A stretch of 62,765 nucleotides of DNA, filler included, from Choristocarpus tenellus KU-1152 (Eukaryota > Protista > Phaeophyceae), in NCBI GenBank assembly GCA_964200185.2. It is 11 parts of 11 records of this genome, joined end to end, with 100 filler letters (N's around TTAATTAATTAA, not from the genome) between each part and the next. Parts side by side here need not be neighbours in the genome. Positions count along the whole stretch, not along the records: positions 12,449 to 20,175 come from CAXNAD020005677.1; positions 20,276 to 26,278 come from CAXNAD020009196.1; positions 26,379 to 29,734 come from CAXNAD020020574.1; 8 more parts are not named here. The stretch is one strand, 5' to 3'. Below the pieces are notes generated by a model. It was not told the DNA's origin, did no database searches, and worked only from the letters and a program-made list of their open reading frames with translations. Below, piece after piece: positions 13,167-26,492 of the stretch (positions are counted from its first letter, which is position 1; each line of letters begins with the position of its first letter). A program made the translations under genes and the position numbers.

Positions 13167-15776
13167 CTCTTGAAGAAAAGAATGATACTGGGTGTGTCGC
13201 AATGACAACCTTCGCTCCTGCCATGAAGTGGTCCACGCTTTCCACTGTCAAGATTGTTTCAGCAAACACATTCTGGTAGCCTCATATTACAACACAGTAT
13301 TGCCTGTAGTCGACATTGCTTAGCCTGTATGGGTTTTTTGATTCTGAACCTTTAGATGTGACACTATCATCCTCCTCAGGAAAACCATGTCTCTCACTAC
13401 TCTCCATATCAACAACCAGATCCTCGGCAACCTCTTCCTTGCAAAACTGCGGCAATGGAGGCTCATGGGTGTAGCACATTATGACCCTCCCACCTTGGAG
13501 GCGTGCGATGGTGTCTACTTCACGGGCTTTCTCCTCATCGTTGAAGCATGATCGACATGAGTTATACCCCCTAAAATGACAGTTGTACCCTCCAAAACGC
13601 TGATCGCTGCAGGTGGCATCGCATACCTTCAACACAATCATAGCACATGTTGCAGAAGCTGATCAGAGCGTTTGGAAGAGGGAACATGTGCTGATGGAGT
13701 GTGTAAAAACATATGTAAGGCTGCTGCTTGTTACAGTACCTTTGATGTACAGAAAGGTGAAGCATATCACTATGAGACTATGGGCCTCTTCAACTGCTGT
13801 GCAATGGACACGGTGGTATTACATAGTTTCAAATATATTGAATTCAGGGCGGCAGGCAGAGAAAATGGAAACTTACGCGCATCCTACTGATTCAGACATC
13901 TTGCACTATACAACTTATGCATCTGCGAAACATGCATGGATCAGCCAACCTTGTCACTTACCGCATTCCCCTGAATATTGCAATCCTTAGGGCAATTCTT
14001 TGCTGGTGGTGGTGAGAGAGTGTCGCACATAATGACATGTGGTCGCTCATAGCAAGAATCATTGGATGCTCTGCCCACATCTTGCATTGAGTTATCCCAC
14101 AGTGCCATATCCGCTCTCTGTGCCTCCTCCATGTCAGTGTAGCAAAGGCGGCAGCCCTTCCCATACTTCAAATCATCACCGGCCCCACACATATAGCCTC
14201 CAAAACAGGGTAGCAGGTTGCCTCCCCCTCGTGAGCACGAAGGGTCACAAACAGTACTTGTGCCCTTGGGCAAGATTCCATTACTACTGCCACTGCAAAA
14301 TCATGTACAATCGTCCCCCCCAGCAGAGCTACGAACGTGGGAGTCCAACTCTGCTTTCGTATCGCGGTATGTCCTGCTGCCAGATCCACCAGTACTCCCA
14401 TGAACGAAAAGGGTGTCCCCATCTACGGCGTATTGCAGTATTTCATTACTCACATCAAGGAAGCCGACGTTTGAAATCTGAACAGAAAAGAGACGTGAGA
14501 ATTGTAGGAGCTCGAATTAGTCTGTTCCCTTTTAACAAAATGTGCTATTAGAGATAAACATCGAACATATGCATATATGACTTTGTGTATCACAGATGAC
14601 CGAAATTTAGTAATTCTCTGCGAGACAACCACCACTCATGGATATTTTATAAATCGTCTCACCAAGTTTGAAGCCACGAATTTACGGAAGTAGCGCTGCC
14701 ACAAGAGCCAGCTGTACGGAAAGTCCGATAGGGTAGCCCACATTGCTACATCGAAGGGGTAGGTGTAGCCCCATTGCTCTCTTGTGTAGTTTAAGAATAT
14801 TTTGAACGCCGGATCTGTATTATTGTATATTGCGTTGCCATTGAGGTGTCCGATCACATGCCAGGAGTCTGGCATAATTGCCGTGTCGTGAAAGTTGTCC
14901 CCATCAAGCGTGCTGCCCTTTACCCAAAAAGCCTCGTTATTATAAAATGACGTCGAGTAGAGTCTTTCAAACGACGTCTCATGCGCAACAATGACATCCC
15001 ACTCAATCAATGCCAGCATGTCATAAGAGGAGAGTTGCCCCTTAACCTCCTCATCCAAGAACATTTTGTAGAACTGGGCGGAAGGACCTGTCGGGTACAC
15101 CTTCTCCTATCATGGGCAAGTACAGAAAGAGGGCAGGCATGGGTAAGGACGTTATTTGATACACGGATAATGCATTGTGGTGAAACTCATGGGCAGCTTT
15201 CCTTTGAAGTACTGTATGTGCTCCAGGGCAAGAATAAGACCATTTGGGGAGAGAGGTGGATATTTATGAATGTTTGTCCTCAAGAACATGCGAATGTCAC
15301 ACCTCTTCTGTAAGGCGAGCATATATAAGCTTTGTTGCCTTGAAGCAAGAAACATCCGACTGGTTAAGCTCATCCAAGGCCCTCGCTGAAGCGATGTCTT
15401 CTCTCCCAGCATAGTATACTATAAGGTCCATGTACCTCAGGTTTAAGTTATGGCACCTTGAAGGCCATTGAAGAATGGATCGCAAAGCAAGATCGAGGTC
15501 ACCCTCATGCGTTGGGACCACCACAGCCATCCGTCCCCCTTCGCCAAAACGAGAAGGTAGGATCACGTCTTTGACAGGTACAAACAAAACATGCCGAAAG
15601 CACAGTATTATTGCTGACAAGCCGATCAGGAGGAAGATGGAGGTCTGAAGGGGAGTCCGACATGTTTGCCGTACTTGCCTACGAAACTGATACCAATTCC
15701 CAAAGGTTTTTTGTTTAACCAGCTGACGACACGGTAGCACTGGTGCAAGGAGCGAGATGTGCCTTTGTCGCTGCAT
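13167..15776 (-). pseudogene. Type II membrane glycosyltransferase-like protein with Cys-rich repeats; truncated gene or pseudogene (in-frame TGA at 14301-14303 and 13282-13284)
   Basis: Exons 15303-15776 (ATG, TM segment IFLLIGLSAIILCF, MAVVVPTH), 14663-15106 (LIEWDV, FWVKGS, HLNGNAIY), 13962-14477 and 13167-13626 join in phase 0. Coding-like sequence continues past both TGAs. Confidence 0.7.
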
Positions 15777-16359
15777 GTCACAACTCTCGCCATTCACTTT
15801 TACACTCGAAGGTAGTGTGTAGACAATATGTGAAGTGTAGGTGTGTTCTGAAGAACAAGTGTATTGATTCTAAGTATGTAACAGACTATATAATACAACA
15901 TATACCTTCAACATTTACAGTAACTCCTTCTAGTACCGGATTTTCGACACATCTGGAAGATGTCATCGCATAAAATAATATGTTATATAAACATGTGGAA
16001 ACTAGTCTCTCTGATTAATAATTATATTTATACTACATGTAAAACTACTCAACTCAATTTATTGGCATATTTTCGATTCTCGCTCTGTTAATGTTAATAA
16101 CGTACTAGATCCGTTAGAAAAATAATCCATAATAGGAACACAATTTATATCATTATAGGAACAACTGTAATACAGAATCAATTCTATATGACATGTTCTA
16201 ACGCTTAGTACCAATTCTACAGTTATTTGTAGTCTGTATTTCAACAGTTTCATTCACACATATTTTCTATGGATGAACTTCTAACTTGGAGTAGAGTGTA
16301 TATTTCTCTGTTGTTTTGAAACTATTCCAACACAATTAAGAACCTATCCTATATGCGTT

Positions 16360-16900
16360 TCAAAAAAGTGCTGAACTTTGGACTTCAACGCCCTTAAAAT
16401 GTAACTCCATGTCCTCGCGTTTACTTTCACTCAGAGACAAACCAACTGAGAGGTTGAAAGATTTGAACCCTTCTGCATTCCAAGCCATCTCTCTTACACT
16501 GTGCAAAACACTCTTTTCCATTGGTTTACATGCTCAATAGTGCCCTCAAAATTGATATTCCCCGTTTCCACACACAAAGTGACACCGTCATTCAGCATAG
16601 ACTCTTTCAGCAATTGTACAAAATGGTATCTTTTGTCCTTTCTCAAGATTCTTAAAATGCAATCCTGTCTACCTTAGACTTGGTTTGACTCAATAGTAAA
16701 TACACATCTATCTCTAAAAGTGCCGAACTTTGGACATATTTGTCAGCATCCTTATAGTGCATCTCCATCCACCTCTCGTTTACTTGATTAAGAGCCAAAC
16801 CAACTGAGAGGTAGAACGGGCATCTTTTGACCTTTCTCGAGATTCTTAAAATGCAAATCTGCTTCGTACCTTTGATAGGTTTGACTCAATAGTAAATAAA
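16360..16900. repeat. Diverged local tandem duplication
   Basis: 16360-16455 resembles 16716-16815 (AAAAGTGC-GAACTTTGGAC...AAACCAACTGAGAGGT), and 16626-16702 resembles 16820-16898 (AGATTCTTAAAATGCAA...GGTTTGACTCAATAGTAAATA). Confidence 0.7.
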
Positions 16901-18214
16901 TTTTGAAGAGGTATTTTTGACTACATCGACAATCATGAATCGTATGATTATGGTGGGTACATGGTAACCAACAAGGTTACATATCGACAAACCGGGATTT
17001 GAACGTCGTTTCCTCAATACTGGGTTGTACTCACTACATGATTTCTAGTACAATATTTGTGGGTAAAAATGATTTATACATTTCATCACTCCTTCAAACT
17101 TCACATACAAAATATTTGTTTTTTTTTCTACTGATTTGTGAAAACACAAACGTTTTCAAAATGTGAAAGATTGGAAATGTTAATATATATTTTTGTTAGT
17201 ATTATGCCCTCTGACATTTTGGAGATGTGTCAGAGAAAAAGCCAAACTAATATCACACGGACCCCTGTAAAAGTACAGTCGTCGTAAATGTGAAAAAATT
17301 CTCTCCAAAATATACTTCTGTCATATTCTTGAAGTGCTTCCCTACTCCTCCCTCAGTTGTGTAGAGGGCTAAGCTAGGTGGAGGGGATAGCAACAGTGTA
17401 CATACAACATTGTAATGACGAGCTTTCAAGGGAGTGTTTTAGTATAAACTGCACTCAAATAGTAATATATTTTGAATAGATATTTCTCACGTTTACGACA
17501 ACTACTACTTTTATCGTTATACTTCATCTACACTGAATTCATACTGCGGGGAAATTTAAGTTAGTATGTACCAAATCTGCCCTGGCAAGTTAACCCAGAT
17601 CAAGGATTGATATTTGCGTTGAAGTTAAGAATACTATTGATCCCTCGTCTAGTCCAGAACTTTTTTTCCCCGATGTAAAACTGAAGAGAAAAATAGAAGA
17701 GCTGGATACATAAATTAATTCACTTCGTTTGTGAACTACGTATCCCCCTCATGAAACAAGAATAATTTACAACATCATACAATACCATAAATGAAAACCC
17801 TGGTTTTATATTGGTCATTGGTCAGGATATGTTTGGCTTAAATGTGCGACTGGAACAATAGAGGCTATATCCCGAGTCAATATTGTATACAAGCGGCCTC
17901 TACACTTAATTCTTATATCATGACAGTTATCTGCTCCACAAATAACTTCAATGAATCGAATACAAATACTTGATGTTTCCATCCACTTGAAGCAGTTACT
18001 AGTAGACAGACTACTATAATTACTAAGAGCTTAAATGGTCGTGAGAGAGGGTCGTGACATGCTGTCTGGCAACTCGTGGCTCGTGTTTTTCTTCAGCCTT
18101 CGTATCCTGACCTGTAATGCTGGTATCCTATGGTGAGGTGCGATCAATTACTTCTTAGGAGTACCTTATAATTAAGTATAAGTATTACCCATATCAATTA
18201 CCGCAACGCTCTCA

Positions 18215-18395
18215 AGTTCAAAATATCTGGTGGGGGTGGTAGCTGTGCATTAGGGGCCCATTTTTCCATGTAGCAATTTTTAGGTGATTTGGTTGCATGT
18301 GTCGGATGGATGATGTAAGTGCAATTCTCCTGGTCAGGTCCCAAATGGACACCCTGGTGTAGACCCCCCTCTCCCCCCCAAGATAACTTTGAGCC
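18215..18395. mobile_element. MITE family A, full copy
   Basis: Degenerate TIRs TCAAAATATCTGG and CCAAGATAACTTTGAGCC; internal TCGGATGGAT-ATGTAAGTGC and CAAATGGACACCCTGGTGTAGAC are shared with the other copies. Confidence 0.85.
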
Positions 18396-19607
18396 GCAAT
18401 CATGTGCAAAGCAAACCTTGTGTTTCTTTTAGCAACCTTTCGCCCCTGTGGAAAGCTGCCAGAACCAGTCGGCGCCTGAGTATGGACTGATCGAACTGCT
18501 GCTTGCTTTTGCACTTGAAAAGGGGTGACTGCAATGCAGGGAAAGGCAAATTAGCAGCGAGAGCACTAACCGATTACGAGAGTGAGTGTGCCATAAAGTG
18601 GAACTCATTCTACAATACGTTGGGACACACCATACGTATAACATAACTTACTTTTCAAACTTGGGGGCACCATACACACAACAACATAGCAGCCAGCACT
18701 CCCATGCATAGCCTCGAGGCCATCCTCTCGTCAGGGAGAGAGAGAGCCTGGAGCCATGATCTGGAGTGGCGTCTCAGAAACCATTGATGCGTGTAAGGTT
18801 CACACAGTACGGCAGCCAGCGCTCAAAATCATAGTCTCAACGTCATTCCCTATTCGAAAAAAACTCGTAAGCCTGGAGCACTGGGATCTCAGAGCCCATT
18901 GATACAACACAGTGTGCACACAGTAAGTAGGCCAGCACTCATTTGCATAGCCTCGAGGTAATTCCCTCCGTAGAGAGAGACCCTGAAGCCATGGTCTGGA
19001 TTGCTGGCATTTTTGGGGTAATTGGTTAGACCATGCACAAAAGCCTTTTTGCATGGTTAATTTGTCATTCCCTGCTGAGGATGTGGTGTTCGAAGCCACA
19101 GGTGCCTTACAGCAGTCCCTTTCCCCCCACTGGGAAGAGGCAAAGGGCAGATTCCAAGTACAAATGTAGACCCAATCCATAAATTGCCAAGGAACCAATA
19201 AAGATTCCTGAGGTTATTCCCCTCTCTCAATGGAAAATACCCTAGACGTGCTTGGAGGGCCTCCATATGATTGCAAACGCTGTGTTCACAACATACTAAG
19301 TATAGATGGGGTAGAAGCCTCAGCTCTCAAGCCCGTAGGTAGTTGATGAGCCTTGATAACGATGCTAAGTGAATCATCATCAAATAGACTGGACCTCTCT
19401 TTGTTCATATTAACATACTGAACCATGATCAATTGAGTACAGTGTCAAAATGACCAAACAACAGGTGTAAAGCCAACAATCCCGGTATGTAAGATCTAGA
19501 CTTCAAGGTCATGAAGGCGTTTGTAGAGTCACCACCAAGACCCATAGACTGTAACATCACCACCATCACCATGATATTATACTGAATAAATTGGTACAAT
19601 ATCAGCA

Positions 19608-19608
19608 C

Positions 19609-19652
<44 letters not shown>
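19608..19652. repeat. (AGT)n microsatellite
   Basis: About 14 perfect AGT units. Confidence 0.95.
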
Positions 19653-20125
19653 AATATTAATATAATAGATGGTCGGACTTGATATTTGATATCATATGAG
19701 TGTTCAGTGTCAGGGAATTAATATCAATCTACGGAACTGCTACTATTGTGTAGTTCTAGGGGACATTGGGTAGCTGAGGAGGATATTTTTATGAGAAGGC
19801 CACCAGGTAGCCGCCTCGAAAATTATACAAGAGGCTCTGCATACCCTTCCCCACAGATCACAACACACAGTATGATGACATACAGTCTGTATGATAGCTG
19901 GGTGTGGCATCCCTGTACAATAATATTGTTGTTGGGAGAACAACGAGAAGGAATAACGAATAATAATACAAACAACTGTTTGTTCCATCTCCGTCGTGTC
20001 ACCTATTTTTTTTGCGTCCAACGACTACTGATACTAGTGCTGTTGTGCTGTTGTTAAACCCGTGCATGTGGCTCTTTTGTTATCGTTGCTTGGACTGACT
20101 GCATCATCATTAGTGCTCACTGCAT

Positions 20126-20175
20126 GAGTGAAACTATCTTTGAGGGTACGAATTTTTCCCTGTTTGTCCATTTGT
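20126..20175. mobile_element. MITE family B terminus at contig end
   Basis: GAGTGAAACTATCTTTGAGGGTACGAA...TGTTTGTCCATTTG. Confidence 0.8.
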
Positions 20176-20349
20176 NNNNNNNNNNNNNNNNNNNNNNNNN
20201 NNNNNNNNNNNNNNNNNNNTTAATTAATTAANNNNNNNNNNNNNNNNNNNNNNNNNNNNNNNNNNNNNNNNNNNNCCTGCAACCAGTCACCGGGTAGCTG
20301 TTCAATAGGGCCTCCTCTCTCCCTAGGGATCTGCTGGCAGTTAGTTCAA

Positions 20350-20567
20350 GAGTGAATTTGGGTCTTGGCTTCCTGTGGGTTAATAATGACATTTTACCTA
20401 CTCCAAAACATTTCGTTAGTTAAGATGTATTCATTATGAAAAGGTGTGTCTCGACAAGGATATTGTCACTTCCTAACAAAAACGATGGCCAATATTTAAT
20501 CAAAATTGCAACATTGGATTGTGGTCCCCAAATGGACTCAGGTCTACCCTCTAAGATACTTTGCCTC
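20350..20567. mobile_element. MITE family B copy with internal deletion
   Basis: GAGTGAA is joined directly to TTTGGGTCTTGGC; the other end is TACCCTCTAAGATACTTTGCCTC. Confidence 0.8.
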
Positions 20568-21216
20568 TAAACTTGACGGGGGGGATCTGGCATGCTGACT
20601 CCAGGGGTTGTGTTTAGGTCCATATATTGCCTCGTCCACATTGGCTCCGGTGGCGTGCCAACACCAACAAGGAAACTTCCTTCCCTTCTCTACTTCATCA
20701 GGTAAGGTGGTCAATTGGGTCCGGAGGAGTCAAAGCGGATCCTGTTTAGCAGGTAGGTGATCTCATGTTGTGCCCTCCTTGTAATCCTGGCATCGTGAGC
20801 TGCCAGAGTGTGGGCCTCTAAGGGAGTCAGGTGTCCATTCGAGCCATTGTGATACTGTACTGGTTTTGATGTCATTTGAGTGAATGTGTCGGATGTAAGC
20901 ACAATTTCCTTCAGCTGGGTCACCTTCCTTTTGCATTCTGTCGCCTGGACCAAATCCGAATTAAAATCACACACAAGATGTGCATCTAATTGTCATGTTC
21001 TACAGCACCCTATCAAACTATGAATGGACGAACTCGGCTAAACCCCTGCACCCTCTAGGATACTCTGGCCAACATTTACCATAGATTTAAAGGGAGGGCA
21101 CACTCAATTTTGTGCATTCATAGACATCAGCATAATTCTAATGATTTTGTTCATCTCCTACCTTACAAGCAAGGTTTCCTTGATAGAAAACTCTTACTCA
21201 CCTCATCCATTTCTTC

Positions 21217-24200
21217 TTAGGGTTAGGGTTAACGCCGCCATAAAAATGGACGCACCTGTGACATTGACCTCTACTACACGAAGTTACCACAATCTGACTT
21301 TTTATTCCTCTTAACCTTCATCCCACCACTTTAACAAAGTGCGATCATAGTGCATGTTGTGCTAGTGTCCTTTACGTGATGCTCCTTCAAACCACAAACA
21401 CATGTGCATTGATTGTACAAAGACAGAAGGAAGGGCTGTGAGAAAGGAAGGTTTGTCCAGATGAATGAAATTGCCCTTATTTCTCAGATGTTCACTCAAA
21501 TGACATGAAAATCACCACATAGGCCCCCTCGCCATGGACACCAGAACCTCCTCCTCTAGGATCCTACAAGTCAATGTCAGATGGACGTCGATTTTGACCA
21601 TCTTGCACCTTTTGGTCATGCCAGAAATGAAACCTCCCGGAAGAATATGTGCCAGTAGAAGAAGATTACCTGTGAACATAATTGTTGACTGAAAGAGTCC
21701 TGCACAGTGCTCAAAACACATGTACCACAGAATAGACTTAAGGACCCTAAAACTCAACGGCGTCACTTTAGGTGTTACAAGTTGTAATTATATACCGCTA
21801 CAAGCACTGCACACCATGAGATCAAGATAGCTCTCTTCAGCATAAACAACATTGCAGTTTGCAAATATAGTTAATATAAACTCCTTCAGCACTCAAAAGT
21901 AGGCATACTTGTATATAGATCAATGATTTATATCTACTCTTCGTCAAGACCGCTCAAATAAGGGGAGAGAAATTTCTCTCTATTGACCTCAGCACCTTGC
22001 CCATACACGACATTACTACCATCAATACCATCCATGCCATCACTTTGAAGTTCTAACGAAAACTAGAATCCATCATCCCACCTACTACTGCATTTGAAAC
22101 TCTCTCTGTTTGACCCCCTGATATTTCACAACACTCCAACAAGGAGCACTTCAGATCTCTGTGGCTTTGTCGCTCTGCTGATCATATACAGCTGGACTGT
22201 CATTCCTAGTTAAGGCCTAAACATACTCAGGACAAGAGGAACACACACCCCCATCCCCAAACATATTGAGGGTTCCGATTGTCTTCACACATTTTTGTAC
22301 CATTATTACCTACATACCATTATCCTACATACCACTAGCCAATGTCCTTAACCAGAAGCGACCTAGGAACCCAAAACAGGTACTAAGCCAAACCCCAGGT
22401 ACTATGATGAAGCTACTGGGAATTCGTGACAGAGTGAACAAACCCTAACCCTAAACCAGAAAAGAGAAAAAAAGAAAACCAACCCTGGACCACTATTAGC
22501 ATTTACATTTCTGCCACATAGTTGAATTTCGTCGTCTCCTGAGCAACTTCGCTTTAACCTCCACAACAGAATCATACAGTATTCAAGGAAGCCAAACCGA
22601 GTCATCTAATGTAATCTTTGGGCGTAACTTAAAGGCAGTCAACATTCCCTCCTTAAGCACATGGACTAAAATTAAGAGGCACCACTTTCTACATCATCAG
22701 CATCAATAGGCATATTTTGTTTCTCATTATATTCCCCTCCGATCATCAGATTCATTTTTTGATAAAAGGAAACCATGGTATCATCAGTATGGGAGACTCC
22801 TTCCCATTAATGAATCTGAAGAGATAGTAAGGTCTCGCATGTCCCCCTGCCCCTCCAGTTTCAGGCCCTTCTCATTGGCCAAGTGGAGTAGGCAGATGAA
22901 ATAGAATGGAACAGTTACACCTGATTGGTTCTCCTGTTTAGAGTCAGCACAAAAGAAAAGAAAAGTAGTCAATGCACAAAATGAATCCTACGAGTATTTC
23001 TTCTTTCCAGTTCGAAATTTGAGAAAACTGCCAACGCAAGTACCCTACACCCCTAACCCTAACTTTAGACGAACACAGTGTGCACACAAAATTCAAACAG
23101 AGAGGAACAGAAAAGAAAAAAAAAACACACAAACACAGATAGATACAACAACTCTTAACTAAGAAATAGCGATCAGGAATTGGGTACTACCAAAACCTGA
23201 GTAGTGTTCATACTCCGTAGCATAAAACATGGAGCCAGGATGCCAAAATAAAAAAATGCCGAGATAGAATATTTTTGCTCAACACTGTCACAGTCCCCTG
23301 CCTCTCTCCTGCTCGAAAATATTCCCTAACCCTTACCTTGGAGGAAACACTCTTGACAACATTTGAGAAACACATGTGTTCCTTCTCCGTACTATCCTCT
23401 TGCTCCTTGACCATTTCGTTACAAGCAGTCCTGCCTTGGTTCTTCTGCTGCTCTCTGTGGGTGGAAGTTTCAGAATGTTCATCCCTACTGACCTTCAATT
23501 GTAGGCATCCAATTTTCAGTTGGGGTTGTATTGCCGCAGTGTAAGAGGTGGTTGGGGTTAGGGCTAGGGTTAGGTTCAATAAAAAAGAAATAGTAGCAGT
23601 AGCTTCATTGGTAGACACCAAGTGGTGGAAGCCTCAACCATCATCATATCATACCAAACACATTCATTCCCTTCTGCCTGTCTGTCATTATACCAGCCTC
23701 CTTTCCTTCCATATTTCTAATTCTAGAAAGGATATGAAAAAACACAACATATTTTCAACTACATTCCAACAACAATTAAAATATGAGGAAGTGAAAAGAC
23801 CAACCATCTTGCTGTTCTATCATTCAGTTTTCAACCTACTGGATATTGTTAGGGTTAGGATTGAGGGCACCTACGGTTGTGGTATTAAAAAATCACACAA
23901 AAACTGCGCTTTTATTATTTCTCTTGATGCAAAAAATTCAATTCCTACCAGCATTTGATGCATATATTTTTATTTTTCTCAAAGTGCAAAAAATGTCAAC
24001 CGTATTATTTTATTTTATCATATTTTAAAGGGCGTAAAATACATCATTGGACCCTGGCAACATGTAGCAATAGCAATATTACTATCACCATCACATAAAT
24101 TATCCTATTTCCACAATACAATGCTGAAAGCACTTGATTGTATGTGGATGTTAGTTAAAGCTACCAATGAAGCTAACCCTATCCCTAAACCCAAGAAAAG

Positions 24201-25916
24201 TTACATAAAAAACCATAAGAGTACTACAATGCTAAATGTATTAAGAACGTAATGACCAAGAGGGCAGTAAGAGTAACAATAACAAGAAATCGAGAAATAA
24301 TACTGATAAGTGTCCACAGAATGAAGCAAGTGTATCATCAAACTAAGCAACCCAAACCCTAACCCCACAACTTACAGTGGATGCTAGAAAAAACACAAAA
24401 CCTCTGGATAGCTCAAAATGTTGAAATTGTTCCATAAGACACAGCAAACAAGAAAGAACAACACTAGCCTCAACCCTAATCCTTAAACACCACGAAGCCA
24501 GAAAAATGATTGGAAAATATCGATATAAAATAAAATGTAGTCAGCCCAGATAACCCTAACCCTATTGATATCGAAAGAGAATTAAAAATGGGTTAGGGTT
24601 AGGGTTAGGAAAAAGATGGTCACACACATTATTAAACGTACTTTGGTGCACGATGCATGATGCACCAAAGACAGTCAATCACCAACTGCACCAGACGTGG
24701 TCATCTCAATTCTTGTATCAAGTCATCTCGTCATAAACTCGCATGCATGAAACCCCTATAACCCTAACCCTGAAATGAACACAGAAAAAGCAACAGAATT
24801 GTTGAACTGCCTCTCCTATTATGCTGCACACCAAAAGTGTGACAAACTCTGCTGTACCAGAAAGAAAAAACCCCCAATAGAAATGCCTGCTACTATTTGG
24901 GTTAGGGTTAGGATTAGGGTTTCTATTCAGTCTAGACCAGAAATAATCATACTTTAACTCCTCCTTCAGTTGGAGATCATGACAACCCTAACCCTAACCT
25001 GTGCAACGGAGGTATTTTCTTGCAGAGCCTCATCCTTCTCAAGGCCCTTCCCGCTCTTAGCTGCATTATCTCCTGTGGAGGAGTTGATATGCTGCCACAA
25101 ATTGACCTTGAGTTGGCGGACATCGACCTTTTTTGCCTTTTTAGCGTAACTGCCATTTTTTATATAAAAAAAACATGCACATACAAGAAAGAAGATTGCT
25201 ATTGCCAATTGGTGTCAGAGGGCAACTATGCAACTGCCATTATAGATTTTAAATATATATATATCCCAAAATGTTCACCTTAACCCTAATGTAACAAAGA
25301 AATGCCAGGGGACAATACATCATCAAATGAAAAAAAAAGAGCATTGATGAAACACACAGTAATGTCTAGCCCTAACCCTAACCCTGAGATATAGAGCTCA
25401 AAGTAAAAGGTAGAATGAACCTTAACGATTGCAGCTAACCCTAACCCTAAACCTAACCCTAACCATAGTACTGTCATCAAAAAATGCCAAAATCATAACA
25501 TGTCAAATATTTCAGAACACCAGGCTCTATCTCCACCAAAGACATTACAGGGGGTCCATGCCTGACTTCAGAAGTGAATTAACCATTTCAAAAAGTTAAA
25601 ACATTCAAAATACTCCATAAAAAGCAAGCTTTTTTGAGAGACAATGTTATTATCCCTAACCCTAACTCTAACATGTAACCAATATAACAAGAGTATATAC
25701 TCAGAGTACATATGTTTCAAGTTTCTGCATGTAGCCAGCGTAAGACTTACGTGCGTGTATTTAAACTTCATCAACATTCTATACACTCTACAATCTATTA
25801 CTTTCACTATTATTATTATTATTATTAGTGTTAGGGTTGGCAGGGACACAAAGAGGATCACACAACAATCAAACTACCTTCTTGCACCACGACTAGCTTG
25901 ACCCTAACCCTAACCT
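21217..25916. repeat. Cluster of about 20 short interstitial telomeric (TTAGGG/CCCTAA)2-5 tracts
   Basis: Examples: 21217, 22441, 23051, 23324, 23556, 24350, 24551, 24589, 24759, 24898, 24985, 25367, 25436, 25652, 25901. Both orientations occur. Confidence 0.9.
22784..25149 (-). CDS. NCAPH: Condensin complex subunit 2 (CAP-H/barren/Cnd2), last three exons
   Basis: Exons 24999-25149 (YAKKAKKVDVRQLKVNLW), 23337-23492 and 22784-22933 (VTVPFYFICLLHLANEKGLKL, stop). These are the two hallmark C-terminal motifs of CAP-H, and the phases are consistent. Confidence 0.88.
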
Positions 25917-26090
25917 TAAACCATTGAATGATCCTAGTCTCCAAACCTTCTATAGTTACAATTGTTACCGCCTTCAGGATTCATTTGCCCTATTTCAACA
26001 TTGTGCAACATCAACAACACACAACTTGATAGAATTTCAGCTATCAACCTAATATAGTTATCCTGCACACTTGTTTAAAACTTCGCAAAA

Positions 26091-26278
26091 CATTATGGGT
26101 ATAACACCTTTTCACATAACATTATGGGTATAACACCTTTTCACATAACATTATTGGTATAACACCTTTTCACATAACATTATAGGTATAACACCTTTTC
26201 ACATAACATTATCAGTGTAACACCTTTTCACATAACATTAAAGGTGTAACACCTTTTCACATAACATTAAAGGTGTAA
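26091..26278. repeat. 29-bp minisatellite, about 6.5 copies, running into the gap
   Basis: Unit CATTATGGGTATAACACCTTTTCACATAA with gradual variants. Confidence 0.95.
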
Positions 26279-26424
26279 NNNNNNNNNNNNNNNNNNNNNN
26301 NNNNNNNNNNNNNNNNNNNNNNTTAATTAATTAANNNNNNNNNNNNNNNNNNNNNNNNNNNNNNNNNNNNNNNNNNNNTTTTTTTTATTTATTTTCGTTT
26401 TTTCTTCTTCTTTTCTTCCCTTTT

Positions 26425-26492
<68 letters not shown>

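Noticed and set aside
13874-13880. 7-nt micro-exon (TAG|GATGCGC|GTAAGT) in the GT-like gene
   Set aside because: Including it would break the frame; direct splicing of 13962 to 13626 gives a coherent Cys-rich repeat.
16440-17010. tRNA genes suggested by B-box-like GTTCAAATC motifs on the minus strand (about 16460 and 16995)
   Set aside because: I could not fold a cloverleaf. At most these are decayed tRNA-derived SINE fragments.
20126-20567. One MITE B split by the gap
   Set aside because: The right-hand copy has its own GAGTGAA terminus at 20350 plus an internal deletion, so these are two copies.
26091-26278. CRISPR-like array
   Set aside because: The units are head-to-tail with no unique spacers, there are no cas genes, and the context is eukaryotic.
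26379-26492. Long poly-T/poly-C runs (also 62677-62740)
   Set aside because: Low-complexity contig ends, likely affected by assembly or sequencing error.
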